64,000 bases of DNA from Betaproteobacteria bacterium (GTDB taxonomy: Bacteria; Pseudomonadota; Gammaproteobacteria; Burkholderiales; SG8-39), in NCBI GenBank assembly GCA_052386675.1, contig JBQTJX010000004.1, forward strand, positions 71,330-135,329. Reading direction: 5' to 3'. The translations under genes were made by a program, and so were the position numbers. The notes under the pieces were generated by a model that worked only from the letters and a program-made list of their open reading frames with translations, was not told the DNA's origin and made no database searches. Positions 45,192-54,248 of the stretch are shown here, in pieces (position 1 is the stretch's first letter; each line of letters opens with the position of its first letter).

Positions 45192-47676
45192 CCCTCAGTG
45201 TAAGCGCGGGCGACGCCGACAGCACCTTGCGCGCCGAGAGCCACGCATTCAGCGACAGCAGCAGCACGCCGGCCACCGGGCCGGCGACGAGCAACCACTG
45301 GTTGGGCGGCAGGTCCAGCTCGAACACCCGCCGCGCCAGCAATTGGCCGATGGCGGCAGCGCCCACCGCGGCGAGCGATCCCGCCAGCAGGCCCATGGAG
45401 AGGAACTCCACGCGCTGGCTGTTGGTGACCTGCGCTCGCGAAGCGCCGTAGACGCGCATCACCGCGGCCTCGCGCCGGCGCTCGTCCTCGGTGGCCACCA
45501 GCGCCGAGTACAGCACCAGAAGCCCCGCGCCCATGGCGAACAGGAACACCACCTGCACCGCCGTGATCACCTGGTCGATCACGGTCTGCGCCTGGCGCAC
45601 CGCGGCGCCGACGTCCACCACCGTCAGGTTCGGGAAGCGCGCGGCGAGGTCGTTGACCTTCCTCTCCTCGCCCGGCTCGAGGCGGAACGCGGAGACGTAG
45701 CTGGAGGGAAACTTCCCCAGCAGGGCCGGGGGCGCGATGACGAAGAAGTTCACCTTCATGGAATCCCAGCGCAGCTTGCGCATCGAGGTAATGCGCGCGG
45801 CGAAGGATTCGGCGCCGACCGCGAAGCTGAGTTCATCGCCCATTTTCCAGCCCAGCCGGTTGGCGATGCCCTCCTCCACCGACACCTCGACCGCGTTCGG
45901 CGCGAACCACTTCCCGGACACAATCTCGTTGTGCGCGGGCGGCGCGTCCATGAACGACAGGTTGAACTCGCGCTCCACCAGCCGCCGCGCGCGTTCCTCG
46001 GTGTAGTCGTCTTCGGACACCTTGCGGCCGTTCACGCTCGTCAGCCGGCCACGCACCATGGGCTGCAGCTCCGGGGGCGCGATGCCGTTGTCGGCGAAGA
46101 AGCGCCGCACCTCGCCCAGCTGGTCGGGCTGCACGCCGATCAGGAAGCGGTTCGGGGCATCGGGCGGGGCACTCCGGCGCCAGGCGTCCACCAGGTCGTT
46201 GCGCGTGAAGGTGAGCAGCAGTACCGCGGTGAGGCCCAGCGCCAGGCTGGCGACCTGGATGGCATTGCCGCGCGAATGGCGGCGCAGGTTGGCAAGGCCG
46301 TAGCGAAGCGCGGTACTGGAGGCGCCTATCCGGCGAGCGACCGGTCCGCTCGCCATGAGGCGAAGCAGTACCCAGGCCACGATCGCGAACACCGCGACCG
46401 CGACCCCGAAGCCGCCCACGACGGTGACGCCCAGCCGGAAATCGCCGGCCTGCCAGATGAGCAACCCCGACAGCGCGGCAAGACCCGTGGCATAAACCGC
46501 GAGCGTGCCACCTCTGGTCGAACCGGATTCGCGCCGGATGACGCGTATTGCCGGCACGTTCTTCAACTGCACCAGCGGCGGCAGCGCGAAGCCCAGCAGC
46601 AGCACCAGGCCCACCAGGAAGCCCTGCACCGCGGGCAGCATGGTGGGCGCGGGCAGGTCCGCGCGCAGCATTTCCGACAACGCGGCGGCAATCGCCGCCT
46701 GCGCCCCGATCCCGATCAGGCAGCCCAGCGCGCAGGCGCCCACGCCAAGGACCGCGAATTCGATGCCATACAGGGTGATCAGGCGGCCCTGCGTCGCACC
46801 CAGGCAGCGCATCACCGCGCAGCCGTCCAGGTGGCGCTCGACGAAGCGGCGCGTGCCCAGCGCCACCGCCACGCCGGCGAGGATCGCCGCCAGCAGCGCG
46901 GTCAACCCAAGGAAGCGCTGCGCGCGCTCGATGGCGGCGCGCACCTCGGGCCGGCCGCTCTCCAGGTTGTCCACGCGCTGGCCGCGTTCCAGGTTCTGCT
47001 TCGACCAGCCTTCCAGCGCGGCGATCCGGTCCGGCGGACCGGCGGCGTACAGGTAATGCCACACCCGGCTGCCGGTCTGCACCAGCCCGGTCGCGGGCAC
47101 GTCGGCCACGTTCATGAACAGGCGCGGCGCGATGTTGAAGAAATTCGCCCCGCGCTCGGGCTCCAGCGTGATGATCGCGGCCACCTCGAATTCGGCGCTG
47201 CCCAGCCGGATCCTGCCGCCCACCGGCGTCTCCAACGCGGTGACCAGGCGCTCCTCGATCCACACAGTGCCGCGCGCAGGGCCTGCGGCGGCCTGCTCGT
47301 CGGGCGCGTTCACCGCGCGCGCGATGCGCAGCTTGCCGCGCAGCGGATAGCTGTCCGACACCGCCTTGACGCCCGCAAGCTGGGACTGTTCTCCAGCAAA
47401 CACCATGCTGATGAACGTGGTCGCCCGCGCAAAGGCAAGGCCGCGGCGCTTGATCTCCTCGCCAATCGCCTGGCGCCAGGGGTGGTCCGAGACCAGCACC
47501 AGGTCGGCTCCAAGCAACTGGTGCGCGTCCCGCACCAGGGCCCGGCTGACGCGGTCGGCGAAGAAGGCAACGCTGGTGACGCTCGCCACCGCCACCACCA
47601 GCGCGGCGGCGAGGATGCGCAACTCCCCCGCGCGCCAGTCGCGGCTGAACATGCGCAAGGCCTGGCGAACAATCAT
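45181..47676 (-). CDS. ybbP: FtsX-like ABC transporter permease (YbbP-like, duplicated 4+4 TM architecture)
   Basis: 831 aa, MIVRQALRMFSRDWRAGELRILAAALVVAV... tesA-ybbA-ybbP synteny as in E. coli. Confidence 0.85.
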   Translation of the reverse strand: MIVRQALRMFSRDWRAGELRILAAALVVAVASVTSVAFFADRVSRALVRDAHQLLGADLVLVSDHPWRQAIGEEIKRRGLAFARATTFISMVFAGEQSQLAGVKAVSDSYPLRGKLRIARAVNAPDEQAAAGPARGTVWIEERLVTALETPVGGRIRLGSAEFEVAAIITLEPERGANFFNIAPRLFMNVADVPATGLVQTGSRVWHYLYAAGPPDRIAALEGWSKQNLERGQRVDNLESGRPEVRAAIERAQRFLGLTALLAAILAGVAVALGTRRFVERHLDGCAVMRCLGATQGRLITLYGIEFAVLGVGACALGCLIGIGAQAAIAAALSEMLRADLPAPTMLPAVQGFLVGLVLLLGFALPPLVQLKNVPAIRVIRRESGSTRGGTLAVYATGLAALSGLLIWQAGDFRLGVTVVGGFGVAVAVFAIVAWVLLRLMASGPVARRIGASSTALRYGLANLRRHSRGNAIQVASLALGLTAVLLLTFTRNDLVDAWRRSAPPDAPNRFLIGVQPDQLGEVRRFFADNGIAPPELQPMVRGRLTSVNGRKVSEDDYTEERARRLVEREFNLSFMDAPPAHNEIVSGKWFAPNAVEVSVEEGIANRLGWKMGDELSFAVGAESFAARITSMRKLRWDSMKVNFFVIAPPALLGKFPSSYVSAFRLEPGEERKVNDLAARFPNLTVVDVGAAVRQAQTVIDQVITAVQVVFLFAMGAGLLVLYSALVATEDERRREAAVMRVYGASRAQVTNSQRVEFLSMGLLAGSLAAVGAAAIGQLLARRVFELDLPPNQWLLVAGPVAGVLLLSLNAWLSARKVLSASPALTLRDAL

Positions 47677-48374
47677 GGCGCTACCCTGCCCGCGACCAGG
47701 CGCACGATCCGCCCGCAGCGCTTCGCCAGGCCCTCGTCATGGGTCACCATGATGAGCGTGGTGCCGAAGCTGCGGTTGAGTTCAAACACCAGGTCGATCA
47801 CCGCGGTGCCGGAGTCCGAATCCAGGCTCCCGGTGGGCTCGTCGGCCAGCAGGAGCTTGGGGCGCACCACGAAGGCGCGCGCCAGCGCCACGCGCTGCTG
47901 TTCGCCGCCGGAGAGGTGCTTGGGGTAGTGACCCAGGCGCTCGCCCAGGCCGACCTGCTTCAGGATCGCGCGCGCCTCGGACTCCGCGTCGTCGCGCCCG
48001 GCCAGTTCCAGGGGCAGCATCACGTTCTCCAGCGCCGAGAGCGCCGGCAGCAGCTGGAAGGACTGGAACACGAATCCGACCGAACGGCCACGCAACTCCG
48101 CGCGCGAATCCTCGTCCAAGCTGAATATGTCGACCCCGTCCAACTCCACCGTGCCCGTGCTGGGCGTGTCCAGGCCCGCCAGGATCGCGAGCAGCGTGGA
48201 CTTGCCCGAGCCCGAGGCGCCCACGATGGCCACCGCCTCGCCCGGGGCGACGTCGAAGCCGATTTCGCGCAGAATGACGAGATCGTCCTCGCCGCTCTTC
48301 ACCGTCTTGCCGATGCCACGCGCACTCAGAACCGTCGTCGTCTTCATGCTCGCCTGGGTTGCTTCCATGTTCAT
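47673..48374 (-). CDS. ybbA: ABC transporter ATP-binding protein (YbbA-like)
   Basis: Walker A GASGSGKST, signature LSGGEQQRVALARA, Walker B LLLADEPTG. ATG 48347 is an alternative start that avoids overlap with tesA. Confidence 0.9.
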   Translation of the reverse strand: MNMEATQASMKTTTVLSARGIGKTVKSGEDDLVILREIGFDVAPGEAVAIVGASGSGKSTLLAILAGLDTPSTGTVELDGVDIFSLDEDSRAELRGRSVGFVFQSFQLLPALSALENVMLPLELAGRDDAESEARAILKQVGLGERLGHYPKHLSGGEQQRVALARAFVVRPKLLLADEPTGSLDSDSGTAVIDLVFELNRSFGTTLIMVTHDEGLAKRCGRIVRLVAGRVAP

Positions 48375-48951
48375 GGGGGGCTTGGCGCGGGCCTCAACGC
48401 CGGTGGTCCTGGTGTTCGGCGACAGCCTGTCGGCCGCCTATGGCATCGCCGCGAACCGCGGCTGGGTGACGCTCCTCGGGGAACGCCTGAAGCGAGAGCG
48501 GCTGGATTATAGCGTCGTCAATGCGAGCATCTCCGGGGAAACCACCGCCGGCGGCGTCGCGCGCCTGCCGAAAATGCTCGAGGCTCACCGCCCCGCCGTG
48601 GTGCTGCTGGAACTGGGCGCCAACGACGGCCTGCGCGGCCTGCCCGTGGCGGCCATGAAGAAGAATCTCGCCGCCATGGTCGCCATGGGACACAAGGCGG
48701 GCGCAAAAGTTCTGCTGGTGGGCATGCGCCTGCCGCCCAACTACGGCCCGGAGTACACGAATGCCTTCGATGGCGCCTTCGCCGACCTCGCGAAAGCGCA
48801 CAAGGCGTCCCTGGTGCCGTTCCTGTTCGAGGGCTTCGGCGAGAAGCGCGAGTTGTTCCTGGAGGACCGCATCCACCCCAACGAGAAGGCGCAGCCGCTC
48901 CTGCTGGAGAACGTCTGGAAGGGGCTCAGGCCGCTGCTCGCGAAGCGCTAG
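48367..48951 (+). CDS. tesA: GDSL arylesterase / acyl-CoA thioesterase I (TesA-like)
   Basis: VLVFGDSLSAAYG (GDSL), ISGETT, LGANDGLRG and DRIHPN blocks. Divergent from ybbA. Confidence 0.85.
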   Translation: MFMGGLARASTPVVLVFGDSLSAAYGIAANRGWVTLLGERLKRERLDYSVVNASISGETTAGGVARLPKMLEAHRPAVVLLELGANDGLRGLPVAAMKKNLAAMVAMGHKAGAKVLLVGMRLPPNYGPEYTNAFDGAFADLAKAHKASLVPFLFEGFGEKRELFLEDRIHPNEKAQPLLLENVWKGLRPLLAKR

Positions 48952-48977
48952 CGCGCCGGGGCGTAGAATCCCGCCCG

Positions 48978-50057
48978 ATGAACCCGCGGGAAAAACCTTC
49001 GGTCGCGATCGGGCCAGCCGCGCTTGCCGGCTTCGACGCGATCATCGACACCCGCTCGCCCGCGGAGTACGCCGAAGACCATGTTCCCGGCGCGGTGAAC
49101 TACCCGGTGCTGGACAACGAGGAGCGCGCGCGCGTCGGAACCGACTACAAGCAGCGCTCTCCCTTCGAGGCGAAGAAGCTGGGCGCAGCGCTGGTGGCGC
49201 GCAACATCGCGCGCCATATCGAGCAGTCCCTCATGGACCAGCCGCGCGGCTGGCGCCCGCTGGTCTATTGCTGGCGCGGCGGCAAGCGCTCCGGGGCCAT
49301 GGCCCACATCCTGCGCGAGATCGGCTGGGAGGCGAAGACGCTGGAGGGCGGCTATCGCGCCTACCGGCGCTACGTGGTCGAGCGCCTCGCTACCCTGCCC
49401 GGTTCGTTCGACTTCCGCGTCGTGCATGGGGTGACGGGCAGCGGCAAGAGCCGGCTGCTGCAATCGCTGCGCGGCGCCGGGGCGCAGGTGCTGGACCTGG
49501 AGGACCTCGCGGCCCATCGCGGCTCGGTGCTGGGCAACCTGCCCGAGCGGCCGCAACCGTCGCAGAAGATGTTCGAGAGCCTGCTGCTCGCGGAACTGGA
49601 AAAGCTGGACGCCTCGAAGCCGGTCTACGTCGAAGGCGAGAGCCGCAAAATTGGCCAGGTGCAAGTGCCCGAGGCGCTCATCACCCGCATGCGCGCCAGC
49701 GAGTGCGTCCTGCTGGAAACCGCACGCGAGGCTCGCGTGGCCCTGCTGCTGGACGAATACCGCCATTTCTTTGCCGACCTGCCGGCGCTCAACCTGCAAC
49801 TGGATTGCTTGGTCACCCTGCACGGGCGCGAGCGCATCGGTGAATGGAAGGCGATGGCGGCGAACGGCGAGTGGCCTGCGCTGGTGGCGCGGCTGCTGGA
49901 GGAGCACTACGACCCGGCCTACAAGCGCTCGGCGCCGAACAATTTCCCCCGGCTCGCGCAGGCGCGGCGCGTCTCCGTCGCCTCGCCCGAGCCTTCGGCT
50001 TTCGATGCTGCGGCGCGCGCGGTTCTCGCCTCCGCCAACGAGGCGGTCGCCGCCTGA
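48978..50057 (+). CDS. mnmH: tRNA 2-selenouridine synthase (MnmH/SelU)
   Basis: Rhodanese domain with active-site CWRGGKRS, P-loop GVTGSGKS, 359 aa. Confidence 0.9.
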   Translation: MNPREKPSVAIGPAALAGFDAIIDTRSPAEYAEDHVPGAVNYPVLDNEERARVGTDYKQRSPFEAKKLGAALVARNIARHIEQSLMDQPRGWRPLVYCWRGGKRSGAMAHILREIGWEAKTLEGGYRAYRRYVVERLATLPGSFDFRVVHGVTGSGKSRLLQSLRGAGAQVLDLEDLAAHRGSVLGNLPERPQPSQKMFESLLLAELEKLDASKPVYVEGESRKIGQVQVPEALITRMRASECVLLETAREARVALLLDEYRHFFADLPALNLQLDCLVTLHGRERIGEWKAMAANGEWPALVARLLEEHYDPAYKRSAPNNFPRLAQARRVSVASPEPSAFDAAARAVLASANEAVAA

Positions 50058-50686
50058 GCCGGCTCGATCCGGCCGAACTCGCGCGGATCTCCGCCGCTAC
50101 GCTCGAGCACTACGAGCGGCGCGCGGAGGACTTCCGTTCCGGGACCAAGGACCACGACGTCAGCCAGAACATCGCCGCGCTGCTGCGCCATATCGAGGGC
50201 GTGCCGCCGTTCACCATCCTCGATTTCGGCTGCGGGCCGGGGCGGGACCTGAAGGCTTTGACTGCCCTGGGCCATGTCGCCGTGGGGCTGGATGGGTCGG
50301 AGAGCTTTGCGTCGATGGCGCGTGCGGACAGCGGGTGCGAGGTGCTGCGGCAGGATTTCCTTGCGCTGGATCTGCCGGCTGGACGCTTCGATGGGATTTT
50401 CGCCAATGCTTCGCTGTTTCATGTTCCTTCGCAGGAACTGACGCGGGTGTTGCGGGAACTGAGCGCTGCGCTAAAGCCGCGCGGCGTGCTGTTCAGCTCC
50501 ATTCCGCGCGGGGAGAACCAGGAAGGCTGGAACCGCGGACGCTACGGGGTGTATCACGACCTGGAACAGTGGCGCCGCTTCATGACCGGGGCGGGATTCG
50601 AGGAACTGGAGCACTACTACCGGCCGGCGGGGTTGCCGTGGGAGGAGCAGCCGTGGTTGGCGAGCGTGTGGCGGCGTCAAATGTAA
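50054..50686 (+). CDS. Class I SAM-dependent methyltransferase (start codon unresolved)
   Basis: ILDFGCGPGRD motif I and FANASLFHV. No ATG, GTG or TTG lies between the mnmH stop and motif I, so CTG 50054 (overlapping the mnmH TGA) is only a placeholder. The TAA stop lies inside the palindrome. Confidence 0.6.
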   Translation: MSRLDPAELARISAATLEHYERRAEDFRSGTKDHDVSQNIAALLRHIEGVPPFTILDFGCGPGRDLKALTALGHVAVGLDGSESFASMARADSGCEVLRQDFLALDLPAGRFDGIFANASLFHVPSQELTRVLRELSAALKPRGVLFSSIPRGENQEGWNRGRYGVYHDLEQWRRFMTGAGFEELEHYYRPAGLPWEEQPWLASVWRRQM

Positions 50687-50703
50687 CCGATCGGTTACAT
50701 TTG
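50678..50703. repeat. 26-bp perfect palindrome CAAATGTAACCGATCGGTTACATTTG (family copy 3)
   Basis: It is its own reverse complement. It differs from copy 1 only by a symmetric T/A swap in both arms. It marks the left edge of the low-GC islet. Confidence 0.9.
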
Positions 50704-50720
50704 CTGCTTCGCCGCCCCCC

Positions 50721-50939
50721 CTAGGTCGCCGTACCTTTCCTGGCGGTGTAATCACGCAGGGCGCGATTCACCGCTTCGGAGTCCGGATACAGCTTCTGGA
50801 GGTCGGGGTCGATCAGCACTAGGTTCGTGCCTTCCCGATGGCTCGCAGCGTACTTGCCGCGCACTCCGGACCTGATGAGGTTCTCGGGGTACTCGTCCCT
50901 CAGGGTGTCTTTGTCATTGCTCATAGGCTCTTCGCTCAC
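50721..50939 (-). CDS. brnA: BrnA-like antitoxin
   Basis: ...LRDEYPENLIRSGVRGKY...NLVLIDPDLQKLYPDSEAVNRALRDY resembles antitoxins found downstream of BrnT. Overlaps the brnT stop. ATG 50924 is an alternative start. Confidence 0.65.
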   Translation of the reverse strand: MSEEPMSNDKDTLRDEYPENLIRSGVRGKYAASHREGTNLVLIDPDLQKLYPDSEAVNRALRDYTARKGTAT

Positions 50940-51186
50940 GTGGCGTCATCTGCCGTGCGGAAATCAGCCGGATTCGACCTTCGCGCTCAGTATAGGACAC
51001 AACGAGGGCCCTGCCCTGCTTGGTCGTACCGAAGATAATGTACCGCTCTTCGTCGGTCGAATGGTCCGGGTCGGGCACGGAGGAGGAATGGTCGTCACCG
51101 AATACCTCTGTGGCCTCCGCGAACGCCACGCCATGCTTCTGCTCGTTCTCTAGGGCTTTCTCCGGATTCCATTCAAACGTAAGCAT
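50914..51186 (-). CDS. brnT: BrnT-family (DUF497) ribonuclease toxin
   Basis: MLTFEWNPEKALENEQKHGVAFAEATEVFGDD...RIRLISARQMTPRERRAY is a near-textbook BrnT pattern. Confidence 0.85.
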   Translation of the reverse strand: MLTFEWNPEKALENEQKHGVAFAEATEVFGDDHSSSVPDPDHSTDEERYIIFGTTKQGRALVVSYTEREGRIRLISARQMTPRERRAYEQ

Positions 51187-51319
51187 GGCGGGTCGTTACG
51201 GCAACTTAGCGATACAGATGAGCAATGACTAGGAGCGCGCCGACGGCATTTACAGCCGAGATCAACGTGAACGCGCTTCCCGTCACTGGCTCAATCCGTA
51301 GGTTCCGTGATCTGTCCGG

Positions 51320-52102
51320 TCAGATATTGTCGTAATCGATTTTCTGGAACTTATTCAGTTGTGTCTTCAGGTTACTCCAGTCGAAATCGTACTTCTCATC
51401 ATCACTCCAATCATTGGGAAACACGATATGAAAGAAATCGCCTAGTGCCGGTTCCGTCGAATAGTAGCGGTCGGTACTTACAGCAAGCGATTCGCTTCCG
51501 GGCGCAAAGTCTTGCGTGCCAAACTGTGATGAAAGCAGTACCAATAGACCTGAAATAGAAGACAGAAGATTGCGGAAACTTGCCTCCTTGAATTGCAGTT
51601 GCCTATCGTGCTTGCTCTTGTTGTAGGCCTGGTACCACGAAAGGTCGTTTGCAGTCATCCACTCCTTGAACGGCGCGAATGCAGAATTGCTTCCACTCCA
51701 AATGGGAATATGAACTCTGTAGGAAGACAAATGGTGCGTCTTATTGATCTTTCGATAGTCGTGAATGTTCCAATTCTTCTCCGGCCTGGGATCTCCGGCG
51801 CGATCCTTCGGATTGAAAATGTTTTCCTTTAGGATTGCTTTGAAATTGGCTTCGATTTCGATGCAAGTGCGCATGAAAAGTTCGTGAATTCGGTATGAAT
51901 ATGCGTCAAGATTTGCATCTGACGGTTCGATGAATTCGAAGATCCGTTGGAGGTCTTTCTGGATCAGAAGAAATGCACGAACGTAGTGTTCAGGTGACTG
52001 CGAATACGCGCGGTCAACAATATATGCCCAGCTGCTGAAGCCGGAATTGCTGCTCGGCACGAATCCCCGATAGTTTCGATGAAAAGGCTTTGAGTGGCTC
52101 AC
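51320..52102 (-). CDS. Hypothetical protein in low-GC islet (orphan, 260 aa)
   Basis: The only long ORF in a stretch of roughly 40-45% GC. No family recognised. Confidence 0.55.
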   Translation of the reverse strand: MSHSKPFHRNYRGFVPSSNSGFSSWAYIVDRAYSQSPEHYVRAFLLIQKDLQRIFEFIEPSDANLDAYSYRIHELFMRTCIEIEANFKAILKENIFNPKDRAGDPRPEKNWNIHDYRKINKTHHLSSYRVHIPIWSGSNSAFAPFKEWMTANDLSWYQAYNKSKHDRQLQFKEASFRNLLSSISGLLVLLSSQFGTQDFAPGSESLAVSTDRYYSTEPALGDFFHIVFPNDWSDDEKYDFDWSNLKTQLNKFQKIDYDNI

Positions 52103-52327
52103 AGTGTCAGTTCTTGATTCGCTAAACGTAGAAGTGTGCAGCGGGCGAAAAAGTCCTTGATTGTGTCTCGGCGCTTCCGCCCGTTCGCACCACTGCCTGG
52201 CTATGTGCCACGGCGTGGGACGACCTCAATCCGGAAACCGACCGTGTACCCGGGGCAAGTCCAATCTTCTGCGCCGGGGTCGCGCGCTTCAAGGCCTCCA
52301 ACTGCGCCGGATGGATGGGCTCATCCA

Positions 52328-53254
52328 TCAATCCAACTCCGCCAACACCTTCACATGCCTCACCACGCATCGCCCGAGCGCCGACAACGCATAACCACCC
52401 TCCAGCATGGAAACAATCCGCCCCTTCGCATGCCGGTCCGCCACCGCCTTCACCTGCGCCGTGACCCAGGCGTAGTCGTCGTCCCTAAGCTGCAGCATCG
52501 CCATGTCGTCCTCGACGTGGGCGTCGAATCCCGCCGAAAACACGACTAACTCAGGCTTGAACGCGTCCAGCGCCGGAATCCAGTGTTGTTCCACCGCCGT
52601 CCGAAACTGCCTCGACCCGGCGCCGGCGGCCAAAGGCACGTTGACCATGTTCGAAGCCGGTTCCTCGGTGCCGCTGTACGGGTAGAACGGATGCTGGAAC
52701 GTGGAGGCCATCAGCACCGAAGGATCGCCAGCAAAGATGTCCTCGGTGCCGTTGCCATGGTGGACGTCGAAATCGATGATCGCGACGCGCTTCACGCCAT
52801 AGGCCGCCTGCGCGTGCTTCGCCGCCACCGCGACGTTGTTGAAAATGCAGAACCCCATCGGCCGCACGCGGCAGGCGTGATGCCCCGGCGGGCGCACGCT
52901 GCAGAATGCGGCACGCGCCTCGCCCTTCATCACCAGGTCCGTCGCCAAGACTGCGGCACCCGCCGCACGCAGCGCGGCACCCAATGAGTGCGGATTCATC
53001 GCCGTGTCCGGGTCCAGGTGCACCGTGCCCGATTGCGGCGCCGCCTCGCGGACGGCCAGCACGTATTCCATCGGATGCACCAGCGCCACCTGTTCGTCGG
53101 TCGCCAGGGGCGCGTCGTAGCGCTTCAGGTGCGCCTCCAGCCCCGAGGCGATCAACTGGTCCTCGATCGCCGTCAGGCGCGCCGGCTGCTCCGGATGCCC
53201 ACGGCCCATATCGTGCTTCAGGCAGTCAGGATGTGTAATGAAGGCAGTAGGCAT
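52328..53254 (-). CDS. Histone deacetylase-family (acetylpolyamine/acetoin-utilisation-like) amidohydrolase
   Basis: [18 protein letters not shown] and SAGFDAH...D motifs. 308 aa. Confidence 0.9.
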   Translation of the reverse strand: MPTAFITHPDCLKHDMGRGHPEQPARLTAIEDQLIASGLEAHLKRYDAPLATDEQVALVHPMEYVLAVREAAPQSGTVHLDPDTAMNPHSLGAALRAAGAAVLATDLVMKGEARAAFCSVRPPGHHACRVRPMGFCIFNNVAVAAKHAQAAYGVKRVAIIDFDVHHGNGTEDIFAGDPSVLMASTFQHPFYPYSGTEEPASNMVNVPLAAGAGSRQFRTAVEQHWIPALDAFKPELVVFSAGFDAHVEDDMAMLQLRDDDYAWVTAQVKAVADRHAKGRIVSMLEGGYALSALGRCVVRHVKVLAELD

Positions 53255-53292
53255 AAGTGCATGAATATTAACGCAGCAGGTAGAATCCGCCC

Positions 53293-54234
53293 ATGCTCAT
53301 GACCAAGAAGCTCCAGCCCCTGCCGCAAACGCCGCTCTCGCGCGTGTTCGACGCGGCCAACCGCATCATCCTCGGCAAGGAGGCGCAAATCCGGATGTCG
53401 CTTGCTTGCATCCTGGCACGCGGCCACCTGCTGATCGAGGACCTGCCCGGCGTGGGCAAGACCACGCTAGCCCACGTGCTCGCGCGGTCGCTTGGCCTGC
53501 AGTTCCAGCGCATCCAGTTCACCAGCGACATGCTGCCCGCGGATATCCTCGGCGTGTCGGTCTACGAGCGCGACAGCGGCACGTTCAAGTTCCACCCCGG
53601 CCCGATTTTCGCGCAGGTGATCCTCGCCGACGAGGTGAACCGCGCCACGCCCAAGACGCAGTCGGCGCTGCTGGAGGCGATGGAGGAGCACCAGGTCACC
53701 GCCGAGGGCGAGACGCGCAAGCTGCCCGAGCCCTTCTTCGTCATCGCGACGCAGAACCCCACCGAGCAGGTCGGCACTTTCCCGCTGCCCGAATCGCAGC
53801 TGGACCGCTTCCTGATGCGCATCGAGCTGGGCTACCCGGGGCACGAGGCCGAGCGCGCGCTGCTGGCGGGCGTGGACCGCCGCGACCTGCTGGCGACGCT
53901 GGATCCCTGCCTTTCGCCCGCCGAGCTGATGGAGCTGCAGGCGAACGTGCAGTCGGTGCATGTCGCGCCCGCGCTGCTGGACTACGTGCAGGCGCTGGTG
54001 GAATTCACGCGCCGCTCACCCGAGTTCCAGGCCGGCCTGTCGCCGCGCGCCGCGCTCGCGCTGCTGCATTCGGCGCGCGCCTGGGCGCTGATCGAGGGCC
54101 GCGACAAGGTGATCCCCGAGGACGTGCAGGCGGTGCTGCCCGGTGTCGCCGGCCATCGCCTGCGGCCGGCCAACGATACCGCGCGGCGCGTGGACGTCGG
54201 CGCCACGCTGCTCGCGGCGGTTCCGATCCCGTGA
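53293..54234 (+). CDS. MoxR-family AAA+ ATPase
   Basis: [17 protein letters not shown] Walker [24 protein letters not shown] Walker B/sensor, [15 protein letters not shown] -10-like box upstream. Confidence 0.9.
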   Translation: MLMTKKLQPLPQTPLSRVFDAANRIILGKEAQIRMSLACILARGHLLIEDLPGVGKTTLAHVLARSLGLQFQRIQFTSDMLPADILGVSVYERDSGTFKFHPGPIFAQVILADEVNRATPKTQSALLEAMEEHQVTAEGETRKLPEPFFVIATQNPTEQVGTFPLPESQLDRFLMRIELGYPGHEAERALLAGVDRRDLLATLDPCLSPAELMELQANVQSVHVAPALLDYVQALVEFTRRSPEFQAGLSPRAALALLHSARAWALIEGRDKVIPEDVQAVLPGVAGHRLRPANDTARRVDVGATLLAAVPIP

Positions 54235-54248
54235 TCCCGTGATCCCCT
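54225..54248. repeat. Three tandem 8-mers GATCCCGT/GATCCCGT/GATCCCCT placing TGA in all three frames
   Basis: TGA at 54232, 54240 and 54248, falling in frames 1, 0 and 2. The first is the moxR stop. Confidence 0.85.

Noticed and set aside
50704-52330. tRNA gene, integrase or flanking direct repeats that would define the low-GC islet as a classical genomic island.
   Set aside because: No cloverleaf-like sequence, recombinase ORF or repeated flank is visible, so the islet is reported only as a compositional anomaly.
54232-54234. The moxR TGA as a second selenocysteine codon creating a MoxR-kinase fusion.
   Set aside because: There is no redox-type context around the codon and no convincing adjacent hairpin. 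A shared frame has a one-in-three chance expectation, so this is kept only as a remote alternative under the junction finding.
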